DNA of 64,000 nt from Alphaproteobacteria bacterium (GCA_965214975.1 OZ244055.1:452875-516874), one strand, 5' to 3'. Shown: positions 21,452 through 30,741, numbered from the stretch's first letter. The notes: a model not told the origin generated them from the sequence alone. Translations and numbers: made by a program.

Positions 21452-22201
21452 ATGGGCGCGACAGTCCGGCCGGACCTGCCCGCGGCGTGCAGGGTCCGCG
21501 GGTCCGACGTCCTCGACGGCACCAACAGCGAGGCCCTGCGCCGTCTCGCGGCGCGCGACGCGCGCCCCGGCGACGCGTTCGTCGCGGCGGTCCAGACCGC
21601 CGGCCGCGGGCGCGGCGGACGCCGGTGGATCTCGCTTCCCGGAAATCTCCACGCGACCGTGGTCGTTCCCCCGCCGCCCGCCCCCGCCGCGGGCCAGCTC
21701 GCCCTCGTCGCGGGCGTCGCGCTCCGCGCCGCGCTCGCCGCGGCCGCGCCGGAGCTCGTGTTCGCCCTCAAGTGGCCCAACGACGTGCTCTGCAACGCCC
21801 GCAAGATCGCCGGCGTGCTGGTCGAGGCCGGCGACGGCGGGCACGCCGTCGGCATCGGGATCAACCTCGCCGCGGCGCCGCCGGACGACGGGGCGTCCTG
21901 GCCCGCGACCTCGCTCCGCGCGGAGGGCGGGGGAGGGCCGTCGCCCGGGGACATGCTGGAGCGGCTGTATTCCGCGCTGGCGGCGGCGCACCGGCGCTGG
22001 AGCGCCGGCGGGTTCGCGCCGATCCGCGAGGACTGGCTCGCCTCGATGCACGTCCCCGAGGACGGGTTCCGCGCGGTCACGCCCGAGGGGGTCTTCTCCG
22101 GACGTTTCGACGGCCTCGGCGCGGACGGCTCGCTCAGGCTCGTCGACGCCTCGGGCGTTCGCCGGTCGGTCGTCGCCGGCGACGTGGCCGCCGCCGGGTA
22201 G
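21452..22201 (+). CDS. birA: Biotin--[acetyl-CoA-carboxylase] ligase (short form, no HTH)
   Basis: ..QTAGRGRGGRRWISLPGNLH..LKWPNDVLCNARKIAGVLVE.. Start could instead be 21434. Confidence 0.85.
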   Translation: MGATVRPDLPAACRVRGSDVLDGTNSEALRRLAARDARPGDAFVAAVQTAGRGRGGRRWISLPGNLHATVVVPPPPAPAAGQLALVAGVALRAALAAAAPELVFALKWPNDVLCNARKIAGVLVEAGDGGHAVGIGINLAAAPPDDGASWPATSLRAEGGGGPSPGDMLERLYSALAAAHRRWSAGGFAPIREDWLASMHVPEDGFRAVTPEGVFSGRFDGLGADGSLRLVDASGVRRSVVAGDVAAAG

Positions 22202-22204
22202 GCC

Positions 22205-22978
22205 ATGCTGCTCGCCGTCGATTCCGGCAACACGAACCTCGTCTTCGCCCTCTACGAGGACCGCGAGCCCCTCGGGGTCTGGAGGCGGTCCGCCGACTAC
22301 CGGCGGACCGCCGACGAGTACGGCGTCTGGCTCATGCAGCTCATGGATCTCGCGGGCCTCGATCCCGCCGGCATCGACGGCGCCATCATCGCCACCGTGG
22401 TGCCCGACACGCTGTTCAGCCTCAGGAACCTGTGCCGGGGCTTTCTCGGCGTCGAGCCCATGGTGGTCGGGGAACCCGGCGTCGATCTCGGCATCGAGGT
22501 GCTGGTGGATTCCCCGGAAACGGTCGGGGCCGACCGGCTCGTGAACGCGGTCGCGGCGCACGAGACGCACGGCGGCGCGCTGATCGTGGTGGATTTCGGG
22601 ACGGCGACCACGTTCGACGTGGTCGACCGCGACGGCAGCTACGCCGGCGGCTGCATCGCGCCCGGCATCCAGCTCTCCGTCGAGGCGCTCCACGACGCGG
22701 CCGCGATGCTGCCGCGGATCTCCGTGGAGCGCCCGCCGTCGGTGATCGGCCGGCAGACCGCGCACGCGATGCAGTCGGGGATCTACTGGGGCTACGTCGG
22801 GCTGATCGAGGGCCTCGTCGCGCGGATCCGCGCGGAAACCGGCGAGAACCTTCCGGTGATCGCGACCGGCGGCCTCGCGCCGCTGTTCGCCGCGGCCACC
22901 GACGTCATCGCGAGCACCGACCCGGACATGACGCTCCGCGGCCTGGTCAGCATCTTCCGGAGGAACAGTGGGCGCTGA
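22205..22978 (+). CDS. coaX: Type III pantothenate kinase
   Basis: MLLAVDSGNTNLVFALYE..GADRLVNAVAAH..LIVVDFGTATTFDVV.. Confidence 0.92.
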   Translation: MLLAVDSGNTNLVFALYEDREPLGVWRRSADYRRTADEYGVWLMQLMDLAGLDPAGIDGAIIATVVPDTLFSLRNLCRGFLGVEPMVVGEPGVDLGIEVLVDSPETVGADRLVNAVAAHETHGGALIVVDFGTATTFDVVDRDGSYAGGCIAPGIQLSVEALHDAAAMLPRISVERPPSVIGRQTAHAMQSGIYWGYVGLIEGLVARIRAETGENLPVIATGGLAPLFAAATDVIASTDPDMTLRGLVSIFRRNSGR

Positions 22979-24617
22979 GGAACTCCTTTTCGTGCCGCTC
23001 GGCGGGGCCGGCGAGATCGGCATGAACATGAGCCTGTACGGCAGCGGCGACCGCTGGATGATGGTCGACGCGGGCATCGCCTTCGGCGACGAGACGACCC
23101 CCGGGGTCGACGTGCTGGTGCCCGACCCCGCCTTCGCGGTCTCCCTCGGGGACCGCCTCGCCGGGATCGTGATCACGCACGCCCACGAGGACCATGTCGG
23201 CGCCGTGCCGCATCTCTGGCCGCGGCTGCGCTGCCCCGTTCACGTCAGCCCCTTCGCGCGCGGCGTGCTCGAACGCAAGCTCGAGCAGGCGGGGCTCCTG
23301 GACGACGTGCCGCTTGTGACCTTCGAGACGGGCGCGACGGTCGGGATCGGGCCCTTCGAGGTCCGTTTCGTCGCCGCGGCGCATTCGATTCCGGAGGCGC
23401 ACATCCTGGCGATCCGCACCCCGGCCGGGATCGCGGTCCACGCGACGGACTGGAAGCTCGACCCCGACCCCCTGGTGGGCGCCCGCACCGACGAGGCGGC
23501 GCTGCGCGGTCTCGGCGACGAGGGCGTGCATCTTCTGGTCTGCGATTCGACCAACGCCTTCGTCGACGGCGCGGCGGGGTCGGAAGGCGCTCTCCGCGCG
23601 AGCCTGCGGGACATCGTGGGCCGGTGCGCGGGCCGCGTCGCGCTCGCGAGCTTCGCCAGCAACGTCGCGCGGATGGCGACGGTCGGCCGGGTCGCCGCCG
23701 AGACCGGCCGCCATCCCGCGCTGGTCGGCCGCTCGCTGCGCCGGATCGAGGACGTCGCCCGGGAAACCGGCCATCTCGACCCCGCGATGCGGTTCGTTCC
23801 CGAACAGGAGGTCGCGGCGCTGCCGCGCGACCGGACGTTCATGGCGGTGACCGGCAGCCAGGGCGAGCCGCGCGCCGCTCTCGCCCAGATCGCCCAGGGC
23901 AGGCACCGGCACGTCGCTCTCGAGGAGGGCGACACCGTGATCTTCTCGTCCCGGGAGATCCCCGGGAACGAGAAGGCGATCGGCCGGGTCCGGAACATGC
24001 TGGTCCGGCGCGGAATCGAGGTGATCACGGACGACGACGCGTTCGTGCACGTCTCGGGGCATCCCGCCCGCGACGAGCTCCGCGAGCTCCACGGGTGGCT
24101 GCGGCCGCGCGTGCTGGTGCCGATCCACGGCGAATCCCGGCATCTCGCGCAGCATGCGCGTCTCGCGCGCTCGAGCGGGATCGCGCGGACGGCGACCGCC
24201 GAGAACGGCGAGATGCTCCGCATCGACGGCGAGGGCGTCGAAGCGGTCGGCCGGGTCGAGTCGGGACGGCTCGCGGTCGACGGCTCGCGGCTGGTGCCGC
24301 TCGGCGGCAACGTCGTCAAGGAGCGCCGGCGGATGCGTTTCGAGGGGGCCGCGATGGCCACGGTCGTGCTCGACGGGGACGGCGAACCCGTCGGCGACCC
24401 GCTCCTGTCGCTCTCCGGAGTCCTGCAGGAGGGGGAGGAGGACGCCATCCTGGAGGACACGGTCGCCATCCTCCGGCGGACCGTCGCCGGCCTTCGCGCC
24501 GGCGACCGCTCGAGCGACCGCGCCGTCGCGAAGGCCGCGCGCCGCGCCGTGCGGGACCACCTCCACGACCGCGTCGGCAAGCGGCCGGTCACCGACGTCC
24601 ACGTGGTCCGGACATGA
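22968..24617 (+). CDS. rnj: Ribonuclease J (metallo-beta-lactamase family)
   Basis: ..LGGAGEIGMNMSLYG..GIVITHAHEDHVGAVPHLW..VSGHPARDELRELHGWLRPRVLVPIHGESRHL.. Confidence 0.9.
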   Translation: MGAEELLFVPLGGAGEIGMNMSLYGSGDRWMMVDAGIAFGDETTPGVDVLVPDPAFAVSLGDRLAGIVITHAHEDHVGAVPHLWPRLRCPVHVSPFARGVLERKLEQAGLLDDVPLVTFETGATVGIGPFEVRFVAAAHSIPEAHILAIRTPAGIAVHATDWKLDPDPLVGARTDEAALRGLGDEGVHLLVCDSTNAFVDGAAGSEGALRASLRDIVGRCAGRVALASFASNVARMATVGRVAAETGRHPALVGRSLRRIEDVARETGHLDPAMRFVPEQEVAALPRDRTFMAVTGSQGEPRAALAQIAQGRHRHVALEEGDTVIFSSREIPGNEKAIGRVRNMLVRRGIEVITDDDAFVHVSGHPARDELRELHGWLRPRVLVPIHGESRHLAQHARLARSSGIARTATAENGEMLRIDGEGVEAVGRVESGRLAVDGSRLVPLGGNVVKERRRMRFEGAAMATVVLDGDGEPVGDPLLSLSGVLQEGEEDAILEDTVAILRRTVAGLRAGDRSSDRAVAKAARRAVRDHLHDRVGKRPVTDVHVVRT

Positions 24618-24859
24618 CCTGGTTCTCCGGGATCCTGGTCTACGGGATCCTGTGGTGGCTGGTGTTCTTCATGACGCTTCCGGTCGGCGCCCGCTCCTAT
24701 CACGAGGCGGGAGAGCCGACCGAGGCCGGCAGCGCCGAGAGCGCGCCGATGCGCCCGCGGCTGAGGGCCAAGGCGGCGGCGACCACCGCGATCGCGGCGC
24801 TCCTGTGGTGCGTGGCCTGGTACCTGGTCGAGAGCGACCTGGTCGGTTTCCGGCCGTAG
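24614..24859 (+). CDS. DUF1467 family small membrane protein
   Basis: MTWFSGILVYGILWWLVFFMTLPVGARS.. Occupies the usual position after rnj in alphaproteobacteria (from memory). ATG 24614 overlaps the rnj stop. Confidence 0.8.
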   Translation: MTWFSGILVYGILWWLVFFMTLPVGARSYHEAGEPTEAGSAESAPMRPRLRAKAAATTAIAALLWCVAWYLVESDLVGFRP

Positions 24860-24871
24860 GCGGCCGTCGGG

Positions 24872-26323
24872 TCAGTCCTCTCCGAGCAGGGTCTCGAGGC
24901 GCAGCCGGGCGATCCGGTGCACCTGTTCCAGCGCCTCGCGGAACTCGGCGTCGCGGCCGTTGCCGAGCCGCTCGCGGAAGATCCCGAGGATGTCGCCGCG
25001 GGTGCGGCCGCGCACCGCGAGAACGAACGGGAAACCGAACCTCTCGCGGTAGCGCGCGTTGAGCGCGCGGAACTCCTCGTACTCCCCGGGCGTGCACCGG
25101 TCGAGCCCCGCGTTCGCCTGCTCCCCCGCCGAGGCCCCGGTGAGAGCGCCGTCGACCGCGAGCCGGCCCGCGAGGTCGGGATGGGCGCGCAGAAGGGCGA
25201 GCTGGCGGGCTTCCCCGGCCCCGTCGACGACGCCTCGCATGAGCGCGGCGAGCGCCTCGGCGGTGTCCGCCCCGGCCGCGAGGTTCTCTGCGGGAACCCC
25301 CTCCGCGACCCAGGGGGAGCGCTCGTAGACGCCGCCGAAGGCCTCGAGGAAACCGGCGCGCGGCATCGCCGAGGGCCGGAGCTGCCGGGCGCCCAAGGGT
25401 CGGGTTCCGCCGCCGGGGAAGGGATGGCGTTCGCGCCAGTGGCGGGCGATGTCGACGCGCCGGCAGAACCACACGCGGTCGTGCCCCCTGGCGTACTCGA
25501 CGAACCGCCTGAGGGCGGCGAACCGGCCCGGCCGGCCGGCGAGCCGGCAGTGCAGCCCGACCGACATCATCTTCGGAACGCCGCGGTCGCCCTCGTCGAG
25601 GAGGGTGTCGAAGGCGTCCCGCAGATAGGCGAAGAACTGGTCGCCCGAATTGAACCCCTGGGCCGTGGCGAAGCGCATGTCGTTGGCGTCTAGGGTGTAG
25701 GGCACCACGAGATGGGGCCGCCCGGAAACCACGGTCCAGTGGGGCAGGTCGTCGCTGTAGTCGTCGGCGTCGTAGAGAAAGCCCCCCTCCTCGACGACCA
25801 GGCGCCGGGTGTTGGGGCTGGTGCGCCCGGTGTACCAGCCGAGCGGCCGTTCGCCGCAGAGCCGGGCGTGGATCTCGATGGCGCGCGCCATGTGCTCGCG
25901 CTCGACGTCCGGGGCCACGTGCTGGTAGTCGATCCAGCGCCAGCCGTGGCTGCACATCTCGTGACCGGCGGCGAGCGCGGCCTCGGCGACGGCGGGATTG
26001 CGTTCGAGCGCCATCGCCGTCGCGAAGAGGGTGACCGGGACCGCGTGGTCCCCGAACAGGCGCAGGAGCCGCCACACCCCGGCGCGGCTGCCGTACTCGT
26101 ACACCGATTCCATGCTCATGTGGCGCACGCCGAAGCGCGCGTCGGCGCCGATGATCTCGGAGAGAAAGGCTTCCGAGGCCGGGTCTCCGTGGAGGACGGC
26201 GTTCTCGCCGCCCTCCTCGTAGTTGACGACGAACTGGACGGCGAGGCGGGCGCCGTCCGGCCAGTCCGCCCGAGGGGGTTCGGCGCCGTAGCCGACGAGA
26301 TCGCGGGGGTAGGGCGTGTTCAT
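24872..26323 (-). CDS. puuE: Fusion protein: PuuE-type allantoinase (polysaccharide deacetylase fold) + OHCU decarboxylase
   Basis: N-part: MNTPYPRDLVGYGAEPPRADWPDGARLAVQFVVNYEEGGE..HGWRWIDY.. C-part: ..LLRAHPDLAG..EQANAGLDRCTPGEYEEFRALNARYRERFGFPFVLAVRG.. (UraD signature). Confidence 0.85.
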   Translation of the reverse strand: MNTPYPRDLVGYGAEPPRADWPDGARLAVQFVVNYEEGGENAVLHGDPASEAFLSEIIGADARFGVRHMSMESVYEYGSRAGVWRLLRLFGDHAVPVTLFATAMALERNPAVAEAALAAGHEMCSHGWRWIDYQHVAPDVEREHMARAIEIHARLCGERPLGWYTGRTSPNTRRLVVEEGGFLYDADDYSDDLPHWTVVSGRPHLVVPYTLDANDMRFATAQGFNSGDQFFAYLRDAFDTLLDEGDRGVPKMMSVGLHCRLAGRPGRFAALRRFVEYARGHDRVWFCRRVDIARHWRERHPFPGGGTRPLGARQLRPSAMPRAGFLEAFGGVYERSPWVAEGVPAENLAAGADTAEALAALMRGVVDGAGEARQLALLRAHPDLAGRLAVDGALTGASAGEQANAGLDRCTPGEYEEFRALNARYRERFGFPFVLAVRGRTRGDILGIFRERLGNGRDAEFREALEQVHRIARLRLETLLGED

Positions 26324-26423
26324 CGGCCGCGGGTCCGTTCCGGGAGCGCTGGGGGAAGGGGGATTCTGCCCGCGGTCCGGGAAATTTCAACACGCGGCCC
26401 CCGGCTTCCGGCAGAAGCGCTCC

Positions 26424-26512
26424 GGAGTGTCCCGCGCTCGCCGGTTGCGGGCGATTGCGGACGGTTCGGGACAGGCGGTCCGCCGGTCCCGGCATCCGGC
26501 GCCTCCGGGCCG
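26424..26512. repeat. Intergenic repeat element, rearranged copy (A segment inverted, B segment direct)
   Basis: GGAGTGTCCCGCGCTCGCCGGTTGCGGGCGATTGCGG is a near reverse complement of the A segment at 6584-6613. It is followed by GGTCCGCCGGTCCCGGCATCCGGCGCCTCCGG, which matches the B segment. Confidence 0.7.
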
Positions 26513-26827
26513 ACCTCCTGTCCGAACCATCGGTTGCCAGCCGGGCGGCCGCGCACCGGCCGCGACGCCCGGAACCGCCCGGCCGCGGGAGCGGACCGGT
26601 CCGAACGCGATTCCGGGACCGGCGCAACGTCGGCCCGGGCGCCATGGGGCCGCTCTTCCCGTCGGGGTTGCCGGCAGACCCGACGGGATCCCGGAGCGGT
26701 CCCGGTTTCCGGGGAAACCCGCCGGCCGCGGCGGGAGAATTCCGCTCGGGCGCGGAAGCTTGCGGGCAGCTTTCGGGCAACCCGGACGTTTCGTCCCGCC
26801 GCCCGGAACCGCGGGGGAGCCGCGAGA

Positions 26828-26881
26828 CCCGGTCGCGGCCGGATCCCGGCGGCAACCGTCCTCGGACCGGCATGTTCCGGC
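26828..26881. repeat. Left arm of a 54-nt imperfect inverted repeat flanking the glycosyltransferase cassette
   Basis: CCCGGTCGCGGCCGGATCCCGGCGGCAACCGTCCTCGGACCGGCATGTTCCGGC. Hand alignment to the reverse complement of 28441-28494 gives about 42/54 matches. Confidence 0.7.
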
Positions 26882-26970
26882 CCGGCCCGGCGGCTTCCGT
26901 TCGAAGGCGTCGGCCCGGGCGGGCGACCCGGAAACCCCCGCGTGCGGGACGGGGCCCCGCATGCGGGGCG

Positions 26971-28272
26971 TCAGCGCGAGGCGTCTCCTCCGGCGCCGTT
27001 GCCGGTTCCTTTCGCGCGGCCGCCGGCGGACCCCGGTTCCGGGTCGGCCAGCATGGCGGCGGCAGCGTCGAACGGCCGTTCCCGGAGCGGAAACGGCATG
27101 TGGCCGTCGTGCTTGTCGCCGATGCCCTCGTGCCACCTTCGGAAGGCTCTCCGGTACCGCATTATGACGGCCCGGCCCTTGCCGCTGTTCCATCTGAAGT
27201 GCGGGTTGTCGGTCAGCGATCCCGGCCGGACGCGGGCGAAAGTCAGCGGCCACGGGCGATGCGCGACCCGGTCCTCGCCGAACAGGACGCCGAGCCGTCT
27301 CTCGAACTCGCTGTCGCTGCCGAAGCGGACCGGATCGAAGAATCCCGCCCGTCGCAGAACCTCGTCTCTGCGGAACACCAGGGAGACCGCGGCGGGATGC
27401 AGATAGTACTGGATCGTCGCGGTTCCCCCGGACGAACCCGCGTCCGGGACCGCCTGCAGGTTGGCCTTCGAGAGGAGAGCCCCTTCCGCCGTCATCCGCA
27501 CCATGGCGGTCGTCAGCGCGACGGTCCCGGGCGCGGAGGCCAGAACCGCGACGCTCTTTCCGATCCTGTCGGGATGGGACCAGTCGTCGCCGTCCTGGAA
27601 GGCGACGAACTCCCCTTTGGCGTGGAGCAGGCCGGCGTTCCGGCTCGCGAACGCCCCGCCGTTCCGGTCCCTGGCTATCACCCGGATCCGCCGGTCCCCG
27701 CTCGCGGTGCGACGCAGCGCTTCCAGCGTTCCGTCGGTGCTGCGGTCGTCGACGACGATCAGTTCCAGGTTGCGGTAGCCCTGGTTCAGGATCGACCTGA
27801 CCGAGAACCCGACCAGGCGCTCGACGTTGCAGGCGGTCATGACGACCGACACCAGCGGCCCGTCGCGCAGCGGCGGATGGCCGTCCGGACAGCGCGGCGC
27901 CGCGGTCGCCGCGACCGTCAGCCGGTCGAAGACGGCGCGGCCGCGGGCCCGGCCCACGCGGACGGGCCGGCAGCCCATCGCCAGGTACCCGTCGTCAAGG
28001 CATCGGACCGCGCGCTCCGGAGCGTCCGGCCTGTCGGCCCTGGCCAGCGCATAGCGGAAAAACGGCAGCTGCCCGGCCAGGTGGCCGGAGAGAGCCCCCG
28101 CGTCCAGCAGCTCCAGGTTGCGCCGGGCGGCCTCGAGGTCGCCCAGCTCGATCGCGCAGCCGGCGGCCAGCAGCCGCGCCCCGGCGTCGTCGGGCCGCGT
28201 TTCGAGATCGCGCAGCGCCAGCTTCATCGCCGCCCCGTAGTCTCCCGAACAGACCAGTATGTGGGCCGCCAC
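26971..28272 (-). CDS. TPR-like N-domain + family 2 glycosyltransferase
   Basis: ..VSVVMTACNVERLVGFSVRSILNQGYRNLELIVVDDRSTDGT..ARDRNGGAFASRNAGLLHAKGEFVAFQDGDDWSHPDRI.. The track ORF extends to 28500, but that stretch overlaps the inverted repeat and is low complexity. GTG 28272 is the assumed start (alternatives ATG 28230 or 28428). Confidence 0.8.
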   Translation of the reverse strand: MAAHILVCSGDYGAAMKLALRDLETRPDDAGARLLAAGCAIELGDLEAARRNLELLDAGALSGHLAGQLPFFRYALARADRPDAPERAVRCLDDGYLAMGCRPVRVGRARGRAVFDRLTVAATAAPRCPDGHPPLRDGPLVSVVMTACNVERLVGFSVRSILNQGYRNLELIVVDDRSTDGTLEALRRTASGDRRIRVIARDRNGGAFASRNAGLLHAKGEFVAFQDGDDWSHPDRIGKSVAVLASAPGTVALTTAMVRMTAEGALLSKANLQAVPDAGSSGGTATIQYYLHPAAVSLVFRRDEVLRRAGFFDPVRFGSDSEFERRLGVLFGEDRVAHRPWPLTFARVRPGSLTDNPHFRWNSGKGRAVIMRYRRAFRRWHEGIGDKHDGHMPFPLRERPFDAAAAMLADPEPGSAGGRAKGTGNGAGGDASR

Positions 28273-28440
28273 CTGCGAAAGCCCCGGACGGGGGAGGGGG
28301 GATCCTTGCGTCGAAGCCCCGCGCGCGGGACTTCCCCCCGAACGCGGAATCCCGCGAACGGCTCGAACGCGGAGGTTCCCGGCAAGTCCGGCAAGCCACC
28401 TTCTCGAACGGAGGTGTTCGAACAGCATGTGCCAAGCAAG

Positions 28441-28494
28441 GCCGGAACGCGCCAGCCCGAGGACGGCCACGACCGGGATCCGGTTGCAACCGGG
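28441..28494. repeat. Right arm of the 54-nt inverted repeat flanking the glycosyltransferase cassette
   Basis: GCCGGAACGCGCCAGCCCGAGGACGGCCACGACCGGGATCCGGTTGCAACCGGG. See 26828-26881. Confidence 0.7.
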
Positions 28495-28604
28495 CCTCAC
28501 GGCTCCCCCCTCCCACCGGAGTTCCGGGCGACGAGACGGAACGTTCCGGTCATCCGGGCCGCATCCGGGATTCCGCGTTCGAGGGGAGTTCCTTCGCCGC
28601 GGCC

Positions 28605-28627
28605 GGGGGGGGGGGGGAGAGAGAGAG
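28605..28627. repeat. Compound microsatellite G13(AG)5
   Basis: Counted directly: 13 G (28605-28617) followed by AGAGAGAGAG. On the glycosyltransferase sense strand this reads (CT)5C13. Confidence 0.95.
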
Positions 28628-29117
28628 GGTTCCGGAAATCGGCACCGTTCCGTGATTCCGTCGGGTTTCCGAAGACCCGGCGGGGAGAACGGCCCCGTGG
28701 TGCCGGGACGGGCATTGTACCGGTCCCGGCATCGCGTTCAAGCCGGCGCGCTCCCGCGGCCCGGGGAGGATCCCGGGCCGTCCGGCGGGAGACGTCGCCG
28801 TCTCGCGGCGGTTCCCGGGTTCGCGCGCGGCGGGAGCCTTCTTCCCCGTTTCCGCGGCCTGCCCGGCCGGCCGGGGACCGCGCGACGCCGGCGCGCGCGT
28901 TCGTCGCCGATTCAACCTGCCGACGACGCGCACCCCTGGCGGCACGGGATCCTGCCAGCCGGGCCGGTCCGGAACCGCGGGCGCGGGATCACCCTGCAGA
29001 AGCGCCGGGGACGGCATGCGCGAAGGCGGGTCATGGCGTAGAATGGCGCCGGGTCCGGATTCCGCCGGAGCCGCTGTTGCGGGGAACCGTTGCGGCGCGC
29101 GACTGCTGGAGGGGTCG

Positions 29118-29465
29118 ATGGGGCGCTTGACGACGCACGTGCTCGACACGGCCGGAGGCGTGCCGGCCGCCGGGGTGCGGATCGATCTCTGCAGGCTCGA
29201 CGGCGGCGGGATCCGCCGTCTGGTCTCCGCGGCGACCAACGGCGACGGGCGCTGCGACGCGCCTCTTCTGGAGGGCGAGGCGCTCGTCGCCGGCGCCTAC
29301 CAGCTCGAGTTCGCGGTGGGAGCCTATTTCGGCGAGGCCGGGCATCCGGGGCCCGCGTTTCTGGAGGTCGTTCCCGTCCGCTTCGTCGTTTCGGATCCCG
29401 CGCAGCACTACCATGTCCCGCTCCTGATCTCCCCCTACGGCTACTCGACGTACCGCGGAAGCTAG
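29118..29465 (+). CDS. uraH: 5-hydroxyisourate hydrolase (transthyretin-like)
   Basis: MGRLTTHVLDTAGGVPAAGVRIDL..HYHVPLLISPYGYSTYRGS (C-terminal YRGS signature). Confidence 0.93.
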   Translation: MGRLTTHVLDTAGGVPAAGVRIDLCRLDGGGIRRLVSAATNGDGRCDAPLLEGEALVAGAYQLEFAVGAYFGEAGHPGPAFLEVVPVRFVVSDPAQHYHVPLLISPYGYSTYRGS

Positions 29466-29474
29466 GAAACCCCG

Positions 29475-30722
29475 ATGCTCGACGTCGCGTACGCGGACTG
29501 GCTGGAGCTCGGCTTCCGGTGGCTGCACGTGATCGCCGGCATCGCGTGGATCGGGACGTCGTTCTACTTCATCTTCCTCGATCTCAGCCTGCGCAGGCAC
29601 GCCGACATGCCGCCGGGGGTGGGCGGGGAATCGTGGAACGTGCACGGCGGCGGCTTCTACCTGATGCGCAAGTACGTGGTGGCTCCCGAACGGCTGCCCG
29701 AGGAGCTGCACTGGTTCAAGTACGAGGCGTACTTCACCTGGATTTCCGGTTTCGCGCTGCTCGCGGTGATCTACTACTGGGGCGCCGAGAGCTACCTGAT
29801 CGACAAGGAGGTGCTCGACCTCGAGCCGTGGGAGGCGATCGCCATCAGCATGGGGTTCTTCGCCGCCGGCTGGATCGTCTACGACGGCCTCTGCCGGTCG
29901 CCCTTCAACCGGCATCCGCTGCTGCTGTCGGCCGCGGTCTTCGCGATGATCGCGTTCGCCGCCTATTTCCTGACGCACCTGTTCTCCGGCCGCGCCGCCT
30001 TCGTGCATGTCGGCGCGATGGTCGGATCCATCATGGTCGGAAACGTCTTCTTCGTGATCATCCCGAACCAGAAGAAGGTCGTCAGGGCGCTTCTGGCGGG
30101 CGAGGAGCCCGATCCCGCGCTCGGCATCCAGGGCAAGCACCGCTCGACCCACAACAACTACCTCACGCTGCCGGTCCTGCTGATGATGATCAGCCAGCAC
30201 TACCCGATGCTGTACGACAACGAGAACGGCTGGCTGGTGGTGACGCTGGTCCTGCTCGTCGGGGCGACCATCCGCCACTTCTTCAACCTGATGCATTCCG
30301 GCCGGCCGATCCGGACCCTGCGCTGGCAGTGGCCGACGGCGGCGGTCCTGATGCTGCTGCTGGTCGGCTATCTGAGCTGGCGCCCCGACGACGGGCCGGT
30401 CGAACGGGACATTCCCTCGGCGCGGGACGCGCTCGCGATCGCGCAGGCCCGCTGCGCGAGCTGCCATGCCGCGAGGCCGACCGATCCGGACACGAAGAAG
30501 GCTCCGGGCGGCGTCGCGCTCGAGACCGTCGACGAGCTTCGCCGGCACGGCGCCCGGGTGTTCAGCCAGGCGGTGCTGTCCACCGCCATGCCCCTCGGGA
30601 ACAGGACCGGCATGACGGCCGGGGAGCGGGAGGCCCTGGGGCTGTGGATCCGGGCCGGCATGCCCGACGGCGACGACGGCGAGAGCGAGGCGAGGACGGA
30701 GGACGCCGGCGGCGCGAGGTGA
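29475..30722 (+). CDS. puuD: Membrane urate hydroxylase PuuD with C-terminal cytochrome c domain
   Basis: ..WLELGFRWLHVIAGIAWIGTSFYFIFLD..; C-terminal CASCHA heme-binding motif. Confidence 0.85.
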   Translation: MLDVAYADWLELGFRWLHVIAGIAWIGTSFYFIFLDLSLRRHADMPPGVGGESWNVHGGGFYLMRKYVVAPERLPEELHWFKYEAYFTWISGFALLAVIYYWGAESYLIDKEVLDLEPWEAIAISMGFFAAGWIVYDGLCRSPFNRHPLLLSAAVFAMIAFAAYFLTHLFSGRAAFVHVGAMVGSIMVGNVFFVIIPNQKKVVRALLAGEEPDPALGIQGKHRSTHNNYLTLPVLLMMISQHYPMLYDNENGWLVVTLVLLVGATIRHFFNLMHSGRPIRTLRWQWPTAAVLMLLLVGYLSWRPDDGPVERDIPSARDALAIAQARCASCHAARPTDPDTKKAPGGVALETVDELRRHGARVFSQAVLSTAMPLGNRTGMTAGEREALGLWIRAGMPDGDDGESEARTEDAGGAR

Positions 30723-30741
30723 CCGCCGAAGGCGGGCGCCG

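Noticed and set aside
24669-26873. 734-aa minus-strand ORF spanning puuE-uraD and the downstream spacer
   Set aside because: It is out of frame with the well-supported 483-aa PuuE-UraD ORF on the same strand. The translation is R/P/G-rich with no domains.
28497-28715. 72-aa minus-strand ORF containing the (CT)5C13 tract, considered as a real leader peptide of the glycosyltransferase
   Set aside because: It is Pro/Arg/Gly-rich and low-complexity, overlaps repeat-element sequence and has no evident RBS. It is mentioned only in the microsatellite finding as one possible way tract length could matter.
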